A stretch of DNA of 51,105 nucleotides from a virus (lineage: Duplodnaviria; Caudoviricetes): positions 1-51,105 of the IMG/VR virus record IMGVR_UViG_3300024331_000096. One strand, given 5' to 3'. A program made the translations under genes and the position numbers. Shown one piece after another: positions 22,388-31,233 of the stretch; the stretch's first letter is position 1; every line of letters starts with the position of its first letter. The notes below the pieces were generated by a model. That model saw nothing but the letters and a program-made list of their open reading frames with translations. It was not told the DNA's origin and did no database searches.

Positions 22388-23775
22388 CTACGAAGACCCA
22401 AAGAAAAAGAGTTCCGGGCCAGAAGGAACACAGGTACTCTCCACGCGGGGCCTGTAAAGAGCTTTTCAACGTGAGAGACCCCGAGGTGCTCGTGTCCGGA
22501 CCGGCAGGAACCGGAAAAAGCCGCGCCTGCATGGAGAAGCTCCATATCATGATGCTCCTGACGCCGGGGGCCAGGGGTCTTATCGCCCGCAAGAGCGCTA
22601 CGTCTCTGTCCAGCACGGCCCTGAAGACCTGGGAGAATTTCGTCGCCAAGGAGGCCATTGAGGTCGGCGACGTGAAGTACTTCGGAGGTAGTGCTAGGGA
22701 GCCGGCGTCCTATCAGTACAAGAACGGCTCCGTTGTCGCGATCGGCGGTCTGGACAAGGTTAGCAAGATCATGTCCGCCGAGTACGACGTGATCTACATC
22801 CAGGAAGCCACGGAGCTGACAGAGAACGACTGGGAGAGCCTGACGACGAGGCTGAGGAACTGGAAGATCAGCTTCCAGCAGATTCTGGGCGACTGCAACC
22901 CGCAGAATCCGGATCACTGGCTGAAGAAGCGGACAGACCGCCAGGCCACGACCATGCTCGAGTCTCGCCACGAGGACAACCCTATTCTGTTCTCCGCTAA
23001 CGGACAGATCACGGTTCGCGGCAAGGCGTACATGGACAAGCTCGATCGCCTGACCGGCGTGCGGTACAAGCGCCTCCGCAGGGGACTGTGGGTCGCGGCT
23101 GAGGGTGTCATCTACGAGGACTATCTCCCGAGCACTCATCTGATCACCGTAGCGGACTTGCCCACGACCGAGGACGGCGACAACAGGGATCCGCTAGGCA
23201 TACCAATGTCCTGGCACAGGTTCTGGTCTGTAGACTTCGGCTACACGCATCCGTTCGTCTGTCAGTTCTGGGCGGAGGACCCCGACGGGCGTCTGTACCT
23301 GTATCGTGAGATCTATCACACGCGCCGGACTGTGGACCAGCACGCGAAGGCGATTCGCAGGATCGTCCTGAACGAGAGAGGTTCCTGGACAGAGCCACGG
23401 CCACGAGCGATCGTGTGTGACCACGACGCAGAGGGCCGGGCTACGCTGGAGCAAGAGCTCGGCATGGGGACCGAGGCCGCGCACAAGTCAGTCCTAGAAG
23501 GTCTAGACACGACGCAGCGCCGCTTCATTGTTCAGCCCGACGGACGGCCCCGCATCTACTTCCTCAGAGACGCTCTTGTAGAGATGGACTCAGAGCTGGA
23601 AGAGGCCGGACGGCCCACCTGCACCATAGACGAGATTCCGGGGTATGTCTGGGCCGACAAGAAGACCAAGGAAGAGCCCGTCAAGGAAGACGACCACGGC
23701 GCAGATGCGATGAGGTATATCGTCGCACAGCGAGAATTCGGTATCCGCCCGATGTACAGGAGCTTCCCGGTATGA
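22384..23775 (+). CDS. terL: Terminase large subunit (PBSX/Terminase_3-like)
   Basis: SGPAGTGKS (Walker A), IYIQEATE (Walker B), DCNP, SVDFGYTHP, DDHGADAMRY nuclease motifs. Confidence 0.95.
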   Translation: MTTKTQRKRVPGQKEHRYSPRGACKELFNVRDPEVLVSGPAGTGKSRACMEKLHIMMLLTPGARGLIARKSATSLSSTALKTWENFVAKEAIEVGDVKYFGGSAREPASYQYKNGSVVAIGGLDKVSKIMSAEYDVIYIQEATELTENDWESLTTRLRNWKISFQQILGDCNPQNPDHWLKKRTDRQATTMLESRHEDNPILFSANGQITVRGKAYMDKLDRLTGVRYKRLRRGLWVAAEGVIYEDYLPSTHLITVADLPTTEDGDNRDPLGIPMSWHRFWSVDFGYTHPFVCQFWAEDPDGRLYLYREIYHTRRTVDQHAKAIRRIVLNERGSWTEPRPRAIVCDHDAEGRATLEQELGMGTEAAHKSVLEGLDTTQRRFIVQPDGRPRIYFLRDALVEMDSELEEAGRPTCTIDEIPGYVWADKKTKEEPVKEDDHGADAMRYIVAQREFGIRPMYRSFPV

Positions 23776-23824
23776 CAACAACGAGCGCATCAACAGGGTT
23801 CTACTGGATCATCTGGAGTTGGTC

Positions 23825-24007
23825 ATGACGCAGCCACAGACCAGGACAGGCACATTCCTCTACTTGAACAGGTTCCTGCTCGTGATCGGCGCGGTCTGCT
23901 TCTTCTTGGCCGCAGTGACGATCGCAGGCGCAAATGTCTTCGACGCGGGAGCGTGGGCGTGGGGATTCGGCGGCTTCGCGGCCTGGTGTCTGGCGGGAGC
24001 GGTCTGA
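23825..24007 (+). CDS. Small two-TM membrane protein
   Basis: Two hydrophobic segments; GGAG RBS. Confidence 0.6.
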   Translation: MTQPQTRTGTFLYLNRFLLVIGAVCFFLAAVTIAGANVFDAGAWAWGFGGFAAWCLAGAV

Positions 24008-24138
24008 TGTTCAACGGGAACAGCTATTACGGCGACAGCATCGGTAACTCCTTCAAGCTGATGCGGAACTGGGATTTGCTGTCTCCTCCGACGTGGAGAT
24101 TCGGTCTAAGGCTGAACGACGACCGAGGAGGCCTCTGA
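24007..24138 (+). CDS. 43-aa hypothetical protein
   Basis: TGATG coupling on both sides. Confidence 0.45.
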   Translation: MFNGNSYYGDSIGNSFKLMRNWDLLSPPTWRFGLRLNDDRGGL

Positions 24139-24380
24139 TGGCCAACGTACTCGCGTTTCGGAGCGCAGAAGGCCGAGAAAGGCTCTCGCGACGGCTAAGG
24201 AGGCTTCGAGAGGACGTTAGAGGTCGTTCGAGGCCGATCAGACGCCATATCGCGGATCATGCCTATACTCTGGCCGGATTTGGCTGTATATCGGCTGCAT
24301 CCTTCGTTCATTCGGTGTTTACCGGGCTTCTTGTGACCGGCATCCTGCTCCTAGTTTTTGAGTTCAAGGTGAGCGACTAA
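24138..24380 (+). CDS. Small membrane protein preceding portal
   Basis: GAGGAGG RBS; C-terminal TM pair. Confidence 0.65.
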   Translation: MANVLAFRSAEGRERLSRRLRRLREDVRGRSRPIRRHIADHAYTLAGFGCISAASFVHSVFTGLLVTGILLLVFEFKVSD

Positions 24381-24637
24381 TGGGCGGGCGGCAGCTTCTG
24401 GATCCTCGCTGGCACTGGCTACAGCAAGCGCTACAGAATCTCTACAGAGAACTTGATGACGACGCTATTCCGGCCAGCCTGACTATCATCACCACCAACG
24501 GTGAAGAGATGATGTCCTATAGTGCTGCGCCGGGTACCAAGGAGATTTCACGCCTACTGATCGCGAATCCCAGCGCCATGATGGCTGCGGCCGAGGCCAC
24601 GACCATTGACGTCACTCCGGACGAGGTGACGCCGTGA
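24380..24637 (+). CDS. Hypothetical protein
   Basis: Coupled overlaps. Confidence 0.55.
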   Translation: MGGRQLLDPRWHWLQQALQNLYRELDDDAIPASLTIITTNGEEMMSYSAAPGTKEISRLLIANPSAMMAAAEATTIDVTPDEVTP

Positions 24638-26058
24638 CCAAGAGCTTGATCAAGAAGGTCTACAACACGGTTCGGCCGATCCCGTTCAACAGCTCCTGGA
24701 ATCTGCACGGCGACAACCTGTACGGCAGCGGTCCGGCTGACCGCTTCACCATGATGCAGGCTATGGGGATGCAGGGGACGCTGTACGCGATCATACAACT
24801 GCTCTCCACCGGGAGTCAGTCTCAGGGCGGCTGGCGTCTTTATCGCAAGAATAAGGACGGCAGGGTCCGCTACAGCAAGGGCGACGTAGGGAGCGATCAA
24901 AGAACAGAAGTCGTGCAGCATCAGGCGCTTAGACTCTGGAACAGGCCCAACCCGTTCATGACGGGAGCGGACTTCCGCGAGATCGGCTGGCAGCACATGG
25001 AGCTAGCTGGCGAGTGGTACTGGGTCTTGAACCGCGGTCCTTCGGGCCTGAGCGTGCCGATTGAGATGTGGCCGGTTCGGCCGGATCGCATGGACCCGGT
25101 TCCGGATCGGCAGGATTTCTTGAAGGGCTGGATCTACACGGGGCCGAACGGAGAGGCGGTGCCACTATCAACGAGCGAAGTGATTCAGCTGAAGTACCCG
25201 CACCCGACAGACCCCTACCGAGGTTTGAGCGCTGTCCAGGCGATCCTGATCGATATCGATGCTGCGCGGTACTCTGCAGAATGGTCCCGCAATTTCTTCC
25301 TGAACTCTGCTCAGCCTGGTGGTCTGGTCACCTTCAGCAAGCGGCTGACTGACGACGAGTTCACAGAGTTCACGGACAGGTGGCGCGAGCAACATCAAGG
25401 GGTCGCTCGAGGTCACCGCGTCGGAGTTCTCGAGCAAGGGGCGACCTGGCAGCCGAACACCTACAGCATGCGCGATATGCAGTTCGCGGATCTGCGGAAG
25501 GTGACGAGCGACATGATCCGGCAGGGGTATCGGATTCACCAGGCCATGCTCGGGAACTCCGACGACGTGAACAGGGCCAACGCGCAGACCGCAGAAGAAG
25601 TCCATGTGGCCTGGCACGAGATTCCGAGGCTGCGGAGACAGCGGCAGGTCCTGAACGTGCCATATCTGGAGATGTTCGGGGGCACGGGCCAGGACGTGGA
25701 GTTTGAGTTCGACAACCCGATGCCGCCGAGCGCCAACGAGGCCAACGAAGAGCTGACGGTTAAGAGTGCGGCGGCCAGCCTACTTGTTGAGGCGGGCTGG
25801 GATCCGGACGACGTGCTCGAGATGGTGGGCCTGCCGAACATGAAGTTTACGCCGCCAGCGAAGCCGGTCGGCAATCCGCCTCCGGTGGGGCGGCCCGCCC
25901 TGCCGAAGCCGAGTCAGGCACAGCCAGATATCACTCCGACGCCGACGGGCCAGGCTAACAGTTTCGACATCAGTTTCGATCTAGCCGAAGTCATGAAGGA
26001 AGCATTCGACGAAGTCAGGCAGAACGGAAACGGCCATAGAGAAAGAGAGACAGTATGA
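24634..26058 (+). CDS. Portal protein, HK97 family
   Basis: LWNRPNPFMT, GEWYW, PVRPDRM, YRGLSAV, NFFLNSAQPGG, DMQF. Confidence 0.95.
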   Translation: MTKSLIKKVYNTVRPIPFNSSWNLHGDNLYGSGPADRFTMMQAMGMQGTLYAIIQLLSTGSQSQGGWRLYRKNKDGRVRYSKGDVGSDQRTEVVQHQALRLWNRPNPFMTGADFREIGWQHMELAGEWYWVLNRGPSGLSVPIEMWPVRPDRMDPVPDRQDFLKGWIYTGPNGEAVPLSTSEVIQLKYPHPTDPYRGLSAVQAILIDIDAARYSAEWSRNFFLNSAQPGGLVTFSKRLTDDEFTEFTDRWREQHQGVARGHRVGVLEQGATWQPNTYSMRDMQFADLRKVTSDMIRQGYRIHQAMLGNSDDVNRANAQTAEEVHVAWHEIPRLRRQRQVLNVPYLEMFGGTGQDVEFEFDNPMPPSANEANEELTVKSAAASLLVEAGWDPDDVLEMVGLPNMKFTPPAKPVGNPPPVGRPALPKPSQAQPDITPTPTGQANSFDISFDLAEVMKEAFDEVRQNGNGHRERETV

Positions 26059-27122
26059 GCCGGAACACTCCCTGGAGGACGACCAGGAGGGAGTATGCAC
26101 TGCACCAGCCGTCCATCAACAACTGGTACAGGATCAGGAATCAAGCCGGTGGTCCGACTCAGCTGCACATCTACGACGAGATCGGATTCTTCGGCGTGTC
26201 CGCTTCGGATCTCATCCGCGACATGGCGGACGTGACCGGCGACCTCGAAGTCCACATCAACTCGCCGGGCGGCGAAGTGTGGGACGGCATCGCCATCTAC
26301 AACACCCTGCTCGCGCGCAAGAACGTGACGGTTCACGTCGACGGCATCGCGGCCAGCATCGCTTCGGTCATCGCCATGGCCGGAAACCCGGTGCTGATCG
26401 CACGTAACGCGCAGATCATGATCCACGAGGGCTTTGCCATGGCTGTCGGCAATGCGCAGGACATGCGCGATCTCGCCGAGCAGCTTGACAAGGCTAGCCA
26501 CAACATCGCCAGCATCTACAGCGATCACACCGGCAAGCCGATCGCGTACTGGCGCGAGGTCATGAAGGCGGAGACCTGGTTCGACGCCGACGAGTCCATC
26601 GAGGAGGGTCTGGCGGACCGGATGATCGACTCGGGAGCGGGACGCCGGATGAAGAGCCCGGACGACAAGTGGGACATGTCCGTCTACCACGCCAGCGGCA
26701 GGCAAACTCTTCCTCCGCCTTCGCCGCAGCAGGATCCGGCGCAGTTCGACTACCTGGACAAGATCCTCAACTGGGACGCGGCGGCGGCTCTCGCCAAGTG
26801 CAACTCGGCGTCGGACTACAAGTCGATCTGCGCGGGCGAGCACACCGAGGGTGATCCGGATTCAGCCGGACACTGGGCACTTCCGCATCACGCTTCTCCG
26901 GGAGCTGGTCCGGACAAGGGCGGCGTCATCGCTGCTCTGGGCCGATGGAATCAGACGCAGGATCTCAAGAACAGGGATGCTGCGCTTGCCCATCTCAAGG
27001 CTCATGCAAGTAGTCTCGGCCTCCCGAGCGGGGACGGGGACGACAAGTCAGACAGCACGAGCAATCAGCTCGAGTTGAGCGACGAGGAAATCAAGAGGTT
27101 CGCAGCCTCTCTCAGGCTCTGA
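26055..27122 (+). CDS. ClpP-type prohead protease with C-terminal extension
   Basis: VHINSPGG, DGIAASIASVIAMAG (catalytic Ser), IMIH, ETWFDADE..GLAD. Confidence 0.92.
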   Translation: MSRNTPWRTTRREYALHQPSINNWYRIRNQAGGPTQLHIYDEIGFFGVSASDLIRDMADVTGDLEVHINSPGGEVWDGIAIYNTLLARKNVTVHVDGIAASIASVIAMAGNPVLIARNAQIMIHEGFAMAVGNAQDMRDLAEQLDKASHNIASIYSDHTGKPIAYWREVMKAETWFDADESIEEGLADRMIDSGAGRRMKSPDDKWDMSVYHASGRQTLPPPSPQQDPAQFDYLDKILNWDAAAALAKCNSASDYKSICAGEHTEGDPDSAGHWALPHHASPGAGPDKGGVIAALGRWNQTQDLKNRDAALAHLKAHASSLGLPSGDGDDKSDSTSNQLELSDEEIKRFAASLRL

Positions 27123-27135
27123 AAGGAGAGCTAGC

Positions 27136-28569
27136 ATGGCCCCCACAGTTACCATCCCTTCCAAGCCTGAAGAGCTGGAGGCGTTTCTGGGCGACGCGGG
27201 CAACGTCAAGGCGATGATGTCCGAGCCCGGCAAGTTCAAGGAGTTCATCAAGGCGTACGCCCACATGACGGTCGACAGGGACCGCGACCTTCAGGCGCAG
27301 ATCAAGGAGCAGGTGCAGCTCGGGCTCGCCGACTTCATGCGCGAGAACGGCATGGGCAACGGCCGGCTCAACTTCAGCAACGCCGCCACCGAGACTCCGA
27401 GGTTCGACGCCCGCAAGGTGAGCATGGGCAAGGGCGCGGCGTACAACGCGAACAGCTACGGCGCGAAGCTCGAGAAGGAGCTCAGGAACACAGCCAATGC
27501 CGACGGAGCACAGGGCTGCATGTTCGAATCCACCTCCGAGTTTTTCCAGGCCATCTGGCCCCGATACGAGACACTGAAGAATTCCCAGCAGCTTGGGAAG
27601 AAGCGATCAGCCGCGCTGCAGATTCAGAACTCGTTCGGCTCGGAGGTCCCGGCGGACGGCGGCTTCCTCATCCCTGAGGTTTTGCGGTCCCAGATCCTCC
27701 AGGTTGCTCTCGAGGACGCCGTCGTCCGCCCCAGGGCGCAGGTCATCCCCATGGACAGCCTGCGCGTCCCGATCCCCATGATCGACACCACGAGCAACGT
27801 GTCCTCGGTGTTCGGCGGCGTGGTCTGCTACTGGACGGAGGAGGCGGCGCAGCTCGTCGAGTCGCAGGCCAGCTTCGGTCGGGTCGTCCTGGACGCCAAG
27901 AAGCTGACCGGGTACGCGGAAGTCCCGAACGAGCTCCTGGCCGACGCCCCGGCGTTCGGCTCGTTCTTCGACACCATCTTCCCGCGTGCGATCGCCTGGT
28001 TCGAGGACATCGCCTTCATGACTGGCACGGGCGTCGGCGAGCCGCTGGGCTTCGTCAACTGCCCGGCGAGCGTCCAGGTCGCGGCGCAGGCTGGCCAGGC
28101 CACCCAGACCATCGTGTGGGAGAACGTGGTCGGCATGTACGCCCGCATGCTCCCGACGGCGCTCGGTCGTGCGGTCTGGATCTGCTCCATCGACACGTTC
28201 CCCGAGCTCGCCACGATGGCGCTGTCCGTGGGCACGGGCGGCGGGCCGGTCTGGATGGGCAACTACACGAATCCCGGCACCGCAACTCCTCCGGTCACGA
28301 TCCTCGGCCGCCCGGTCTACTTCACGGAGAAGACCCCGGCGCTCGGGACCACCGGCGACATCAGCTTCGTGGACCTCGCGTACTACCTCGTCGGCGACCG
28401 CCAGATGATGCAGTCGATGAGTTCGGAGCACTACAAGTTCCAGAACGACAAGACGGCGTTCCGTGTCATCGAGCGCCTGGACGGTCGGCCCTGGATCCAG
28501 TCGGCCATCGTGCCTCACAACAACAGCGCGAACACGCTGACCCCGTTCGTCCAGCTAGCATCCCGCTAG
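27136..28569 (+). CDS. Major capsid protein, HK97 fold
   Basis: DGGFLIPE, KKLTGYAEVPNELLAD, GTGVGEPLG, TILGRPV, FRVIERLDG; very high GC3. Confidence 0.95.
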   Translation: MAPTVTIPSKPEELEAFLGDAGNVKAMMSEPGKFKEFIKAYAHMTVDRDRDLQAQIKEQVQLGLADFMRENGMGNGRLNFSNAATETPRFDARKVSMGKGAAYNANSYGAKLEKELRNTANADGAQGCMFESTSEFFQAIWPRYETLKNSQQLGKKRSAALQIQNSFGSEVPADGGFLIPEVLRSQILQVALEDAVVRPRAQVIPMDSLRVPIPMIDTTSNVSSVFGGVVCYWTEEAAQLVESQASFGRVVLDAKKLTGYAEVPNELLADAPAFGSFFDTIFPRAIAWFEDIAFMTGTGVGEPLGFVNCPASVQVAAQAGQATQTIVWENVVGMYARMLPTALGRAVWICSIDTFPELATMALSVGTGGGPVWMGNYTNPGTATPPVTILGRPVYFTEKTPALGTTGDISFVDLAYYLVGDRQMMQSMSSEHYKFQNDKTAFRVIERLDGRPWIQSAIVPHNNSANTLTPFVQLASR

Positions 28570-28615
28570 CAGGTAATCTCGGGCAGTAACGCCCCCGAGG
28601 GACAAGGAGAAAACC

Positions 28616-29083
28616 ATGGCCGGAATGGATGGCCTAGGAAGACTGTTCAACGTCGTTCCCGTGATCACTGCGGGTCCCGGTATCAAGCTGAAGGACTGCT
28701 CGGCGGTCACCTTCGTCATCACCGGGGCGACGGCAGTGCCGACGCTCACCTACGCGACCAGCTTCGCCGGTACGTACCAGGTGGCGTCGTTCTTCACGCC
28801 CGCGCTTTCGCCGATCACGAGGGTCTACTGGTCGACGAGCACGACCGGTACGGTCGCCTGGGCGCGTGCGAACATCACGGCGGCGTCTACGTTCACGCTC
28901 GGCACGACGGCCGGGCTGACCACGGCGACGGCCGCATGCTTCACGGTGTACGGCTCGCAGCTTCCTGACCCGTACAACTTCATCAAGTGCACGGTGACCG
29001 GCTCCGGCATCGGAATGGCGATCCTGCACGACCTGACCGTCCAGCGCAAGCCGGAGAATCTCGCTGTCGTCAGCGCGGCCTAG
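28616..29083 (+). CDS. Probable capsid-associated protein
   Basis: Directly after MCP; MDGLGRLFNV...LHDLTVQRKPENL termini. Confidence 0.65.
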   Translation: MAGMDGLGRLFNVVPVITAGPGIKLKDCSAVTFVITGATAVPTLTYATSFAGTYQVASFFTPALSPITRVYWSTSTTGTVAWARANITAASTFTLGTTAGLTTATAACFTVYGSQLPDPYNFIKCTVTGSGIGMAILHDLTVQRKPENLAVVSAA

Positions 29084-29091
29084 GAGGAACC

Positions 29092-29580
29092 ATGAGCTCC
29101 ACTGCCAAAGGCTTCACTGTCCGGGACGTGACAGTCCCGCATGGCTGGAGCGCCACTGGTCAGGTCAACGTCAACTTCGGCAAGGTGCTCCCGGCCAGCA
29201 CGACCGGCACGGTGTTCACGGTCGTCGGCACGATCATGGCGACCTTGGTCGGCGTCGTGTCAACGGTCGGATCGGCAACCGGCGTCAGCCCCACCATCGG
29301 GTATACCGGGAAGCCTGCCGGTATCTCTGCGGCTCCGGCTGCTCCGCTTACAACGCAGGCTGTCGGCTCGGTGTTCAAGCTGCCGACTCCGATCGGCGGT
29401 GCGCTTCCGGTGCCGCTGGTCGCGAGCTCGGCGGCTGTCGGGGAATCGTTCTTCACCCTGGCGAACACCAACCTGACGATCACCACGGCGGCGACGAACA
29501 CCATGGCGATCACCTGGATTCTGGTCTGGGCTCCGCTGTTCCTCGGTGCTGCGGCCGGAACAACCGTAACCAACGTTTAG
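29092..29580 (+). CDS. Probable head decoration protein (paralogue A)
   Basis: AGGAGG RBS; T/A/G/V-rich beta protein similar to the next gene. Confidence 0.6.
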   Translation: MSSTAKGFTVRDVTVPHGWSATGQVNVNFGKVLPASTTGTVFTVVGTIMATLVGVVSTVGSATGVSPTIGYTGKPAGISAAPAAPLTTQAVGSVFKLPTPIGGALPVPLVASSAAVGESFFTLANTNLTITTAATNTMAITWILVWAPLFLGAAAGTTVTNV

Positions 29581-29594
29581 AAGGGAGAACTCAG

Positions 29595-30101
29595 GTGTCA
29601 GTATTTCCGACCGGGATTCAGCTCCGGGAAGCGCTCTTCGGCCTGCTGGTATCTGGGGCTTCCAAGACCATTCCTCAGAGTGGTCTGCAGACAGTTTTCA
29701 ACGTGAGTGGTGGCCGCATCCTTCTGACGAGCCTGCTCGGCCTAGTTTCGGTTACGCCGATCGGCGCTGTGGCCACCACTCTGTCTGTCGGTGTCACGCC
29801 TACGGGCGGGGCCTCGGCACCTACGGCACTCGCTACGGCGACAGCTATCACTAGCTCGCCGGTGGGCACTTCGTTCCAGGTTCCTCCGGCAGCGGGTGCG
29901 CTCGTTGTCGGCGGTGCTAGTGGGGTTCTGGCCAGTGGTCTTACCGGGGCGTTCTATCTCGGTCAGATCTCGCAAGGTGGCCTATGCCTCGTGTCTTCCG
30001 GAGCTATCACGGTCACGACAAACGCGAGCACTACCGGCGCGGTTACGTGGTCTATCACATACATGCCGTATGACCAGACGGCAGTCGTCACGGCAGCTTA
30101 G
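29595..30101 (+). CDS. Probable head decoration protein (paralogue B)
   Basis: KTIPQS..TVFNVSGG..LLGLVS...GAVTWSITYMP. Confidence 0.6.
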   Translation: MSVFPTGIQLREALFGLLVSGASKTIPQSGLQTVFNVSGGRILLTSLLGLVSVTPIGAVATTLSVGVTPTGGASAPTALATATAITSSPVGTSFQVPPAAGALVVGGASGVLASGLTGAFYLGQISQGGLCLVSSGAITVTTNASTTGAVTWSITYMPYDQTAVVTAA

Positions 30102-30109
30102 GAGGTACG

Positions 30110-30268
30110 ATGCCAAAGACCAATGCACAGACGGGCGTAACTCTCGACACTCCCATGACGACGGCGGCTCAGAACGACGGCGCTGTATATGACGCCGTTG
30201 CGAAGAAGTGGGATCTGACGAAGAGGTCGTGGAAGTTATGCCAACCATCACAACCAATCAGGGCGTGA
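30110..30268 (+). CDS. 52-aa microprotein (not in ORF track)
   Basis: AGGAGG RBS; MPKTNAQTGVTLD... Confidence 0.55.
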   Translation: MPKTNAQTGVTLDTPMTTAAQNDGAVYDAVAKKWDLTKRSWKLCQPSQPIRA

Positions 30269-30357
30269 TCCTGGACCCTCAGGAAGCAGCAACTGAGTCA
30301 GACGACCAGCTTGCTGACGAGGGTCAGGAGCCCAGCGGCGTAGTTCCAAACGAGTAG
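30238..30357 (+). CDS. 39-aa acidic microprotein (not in ORF track)
   Basis: MPTITTNQGVILDPQEAATESDDQLADEGQEPSGVVPNE; paralogue of next ORF. Confidence 0.7.
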   Translation: MPTITTNQGVILDPQEAATESDDQLADEGQEPSGVVPNE

Positions 30358-30366
30358 GGGCAGGTC

Positions 30367-30489
30367 ATGCCAACAGCAACAGTTCAGGGCGTGGTCCTCG
30401 ACCCGAACCAGATTGCTCAGGAGTCCTACGATCAGCTAGCTAACGAGGGCCAAGAACCCGGCGGGGTCAAGGCACAGCAGGGAGAATGA
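30367..30489 (+). CDS. 40-aa acidic microprotein (not in ORF track)
   Basis: MPTATVQGVVLDPNQIAQESYDQLANEGQEPGGVKAQQGE. Confidence 0.7.
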   Translation: MPTATVQGVVLDPNQIAQESYDQLANEGQEPGGVKAQQGE

Positions 30490-30491
30490 GA

Positions 30492-30890
30492 ATGCCCAAG
30501 GCGTACCTCAGCGGATCCAGTAATCATCTACTGGACCTTGAACCGGTGCCAGACGAGGTTGTTCTGGAAGAGGTGAATCTGGAAGAACAGCAGGATGCGG
30601 AAGATGCGGAGGTGGCATCATCAGTTGGGACCAGCTTCTCGCCATCAGAGACGAAGCAAGACAAGAGTGGCGGGACTACAACGAGCGACCTCCAGTCGCC
30701 TGCCCCCGATGCGGAGAACCTCTCCGACAAGGACCCGTCCCCAGCGCCGGATCCATCACCGACCCAGGCGTCCTCTTCTGCCGATTCGACGGTTGGCAGT
30801 ACCCAAGAGACTGGGTCAGGCCAGCCGAGCCAGCAGAGCTCTTCGGAGGACGCCGGCTCGCCTAGCTCCAAAAGGACCAAGCGAAGCTGA
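30492..30890 (+). CDS. Acidic Ser-rich disordered protein
   Basis: MPKAYLSGSS start after GGAG; low complexity. Confidence 0.6.
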   Translation: MPKAYLSGSSNHLLDLEPVPDEVVLEEVNLEEQQDAEDAEVASSVGTSFSPSETKQDKSGGTTTSDLQSPAPDAENLSDKDPSPAPDPSPTQASSSADSTVGSTQETGSGQPSQQSSSEDAGSPSSKRTKRS

Positions 30891-30892
30891 CC

Positions 30893-30912
30893 CAGGAAGC
30901 GGAGGCTTCCTG
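30893..30912 (+). terminator. 8-bp hairpin
   Basis: CAGGAAGC-GGAG-GCTTCCTG just after a stop. Confidence 0.45.
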
Positions 30913-30930
30913 ATAAGATAGGAGAGCAAC

Positions 30931-31167
30931 ATGTGGGATTGCCCGAGATGCGGAACCATGGGAATACTGGGTCTGCCGAATTGCCCGCAGTGTGGGCTAG
31001 CGCGTCCGGACGACGTGGTTTCCGCTTTGGTGCTTCCCGCCAAAGACGTGTCTGCGGCTCCGGATGCTGCCGGTCCACCTGACTCTCTGGCGGGGGAGCA
31101 GGAAGGTAAGGCTGACGCTGCCATTGACCCGGAGCCGCAGGCACCAAAGACCTCCAAGAAGAACTAG
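30931..31167 (+). CDS. RanBP2-like Zn-finger small protein
   Basis: WDCPRCGT...NCPQCG; AGGAG RBS. Confidence 0.65.
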   Translation: MWDCPRCGTMGILGLPNCPQCGLARPDDVVSALVLPAKDVSAAPDAAGPPDSLAGEQEGKADAAIDPEPQAPKTSKKN

Positions 31168-31233
31168 ACAATTTCATATCTCACGGCCCACAGTCGCAAT
31201 CGCGACTGACGCCAAGACAGCAAGGGACAGGCA

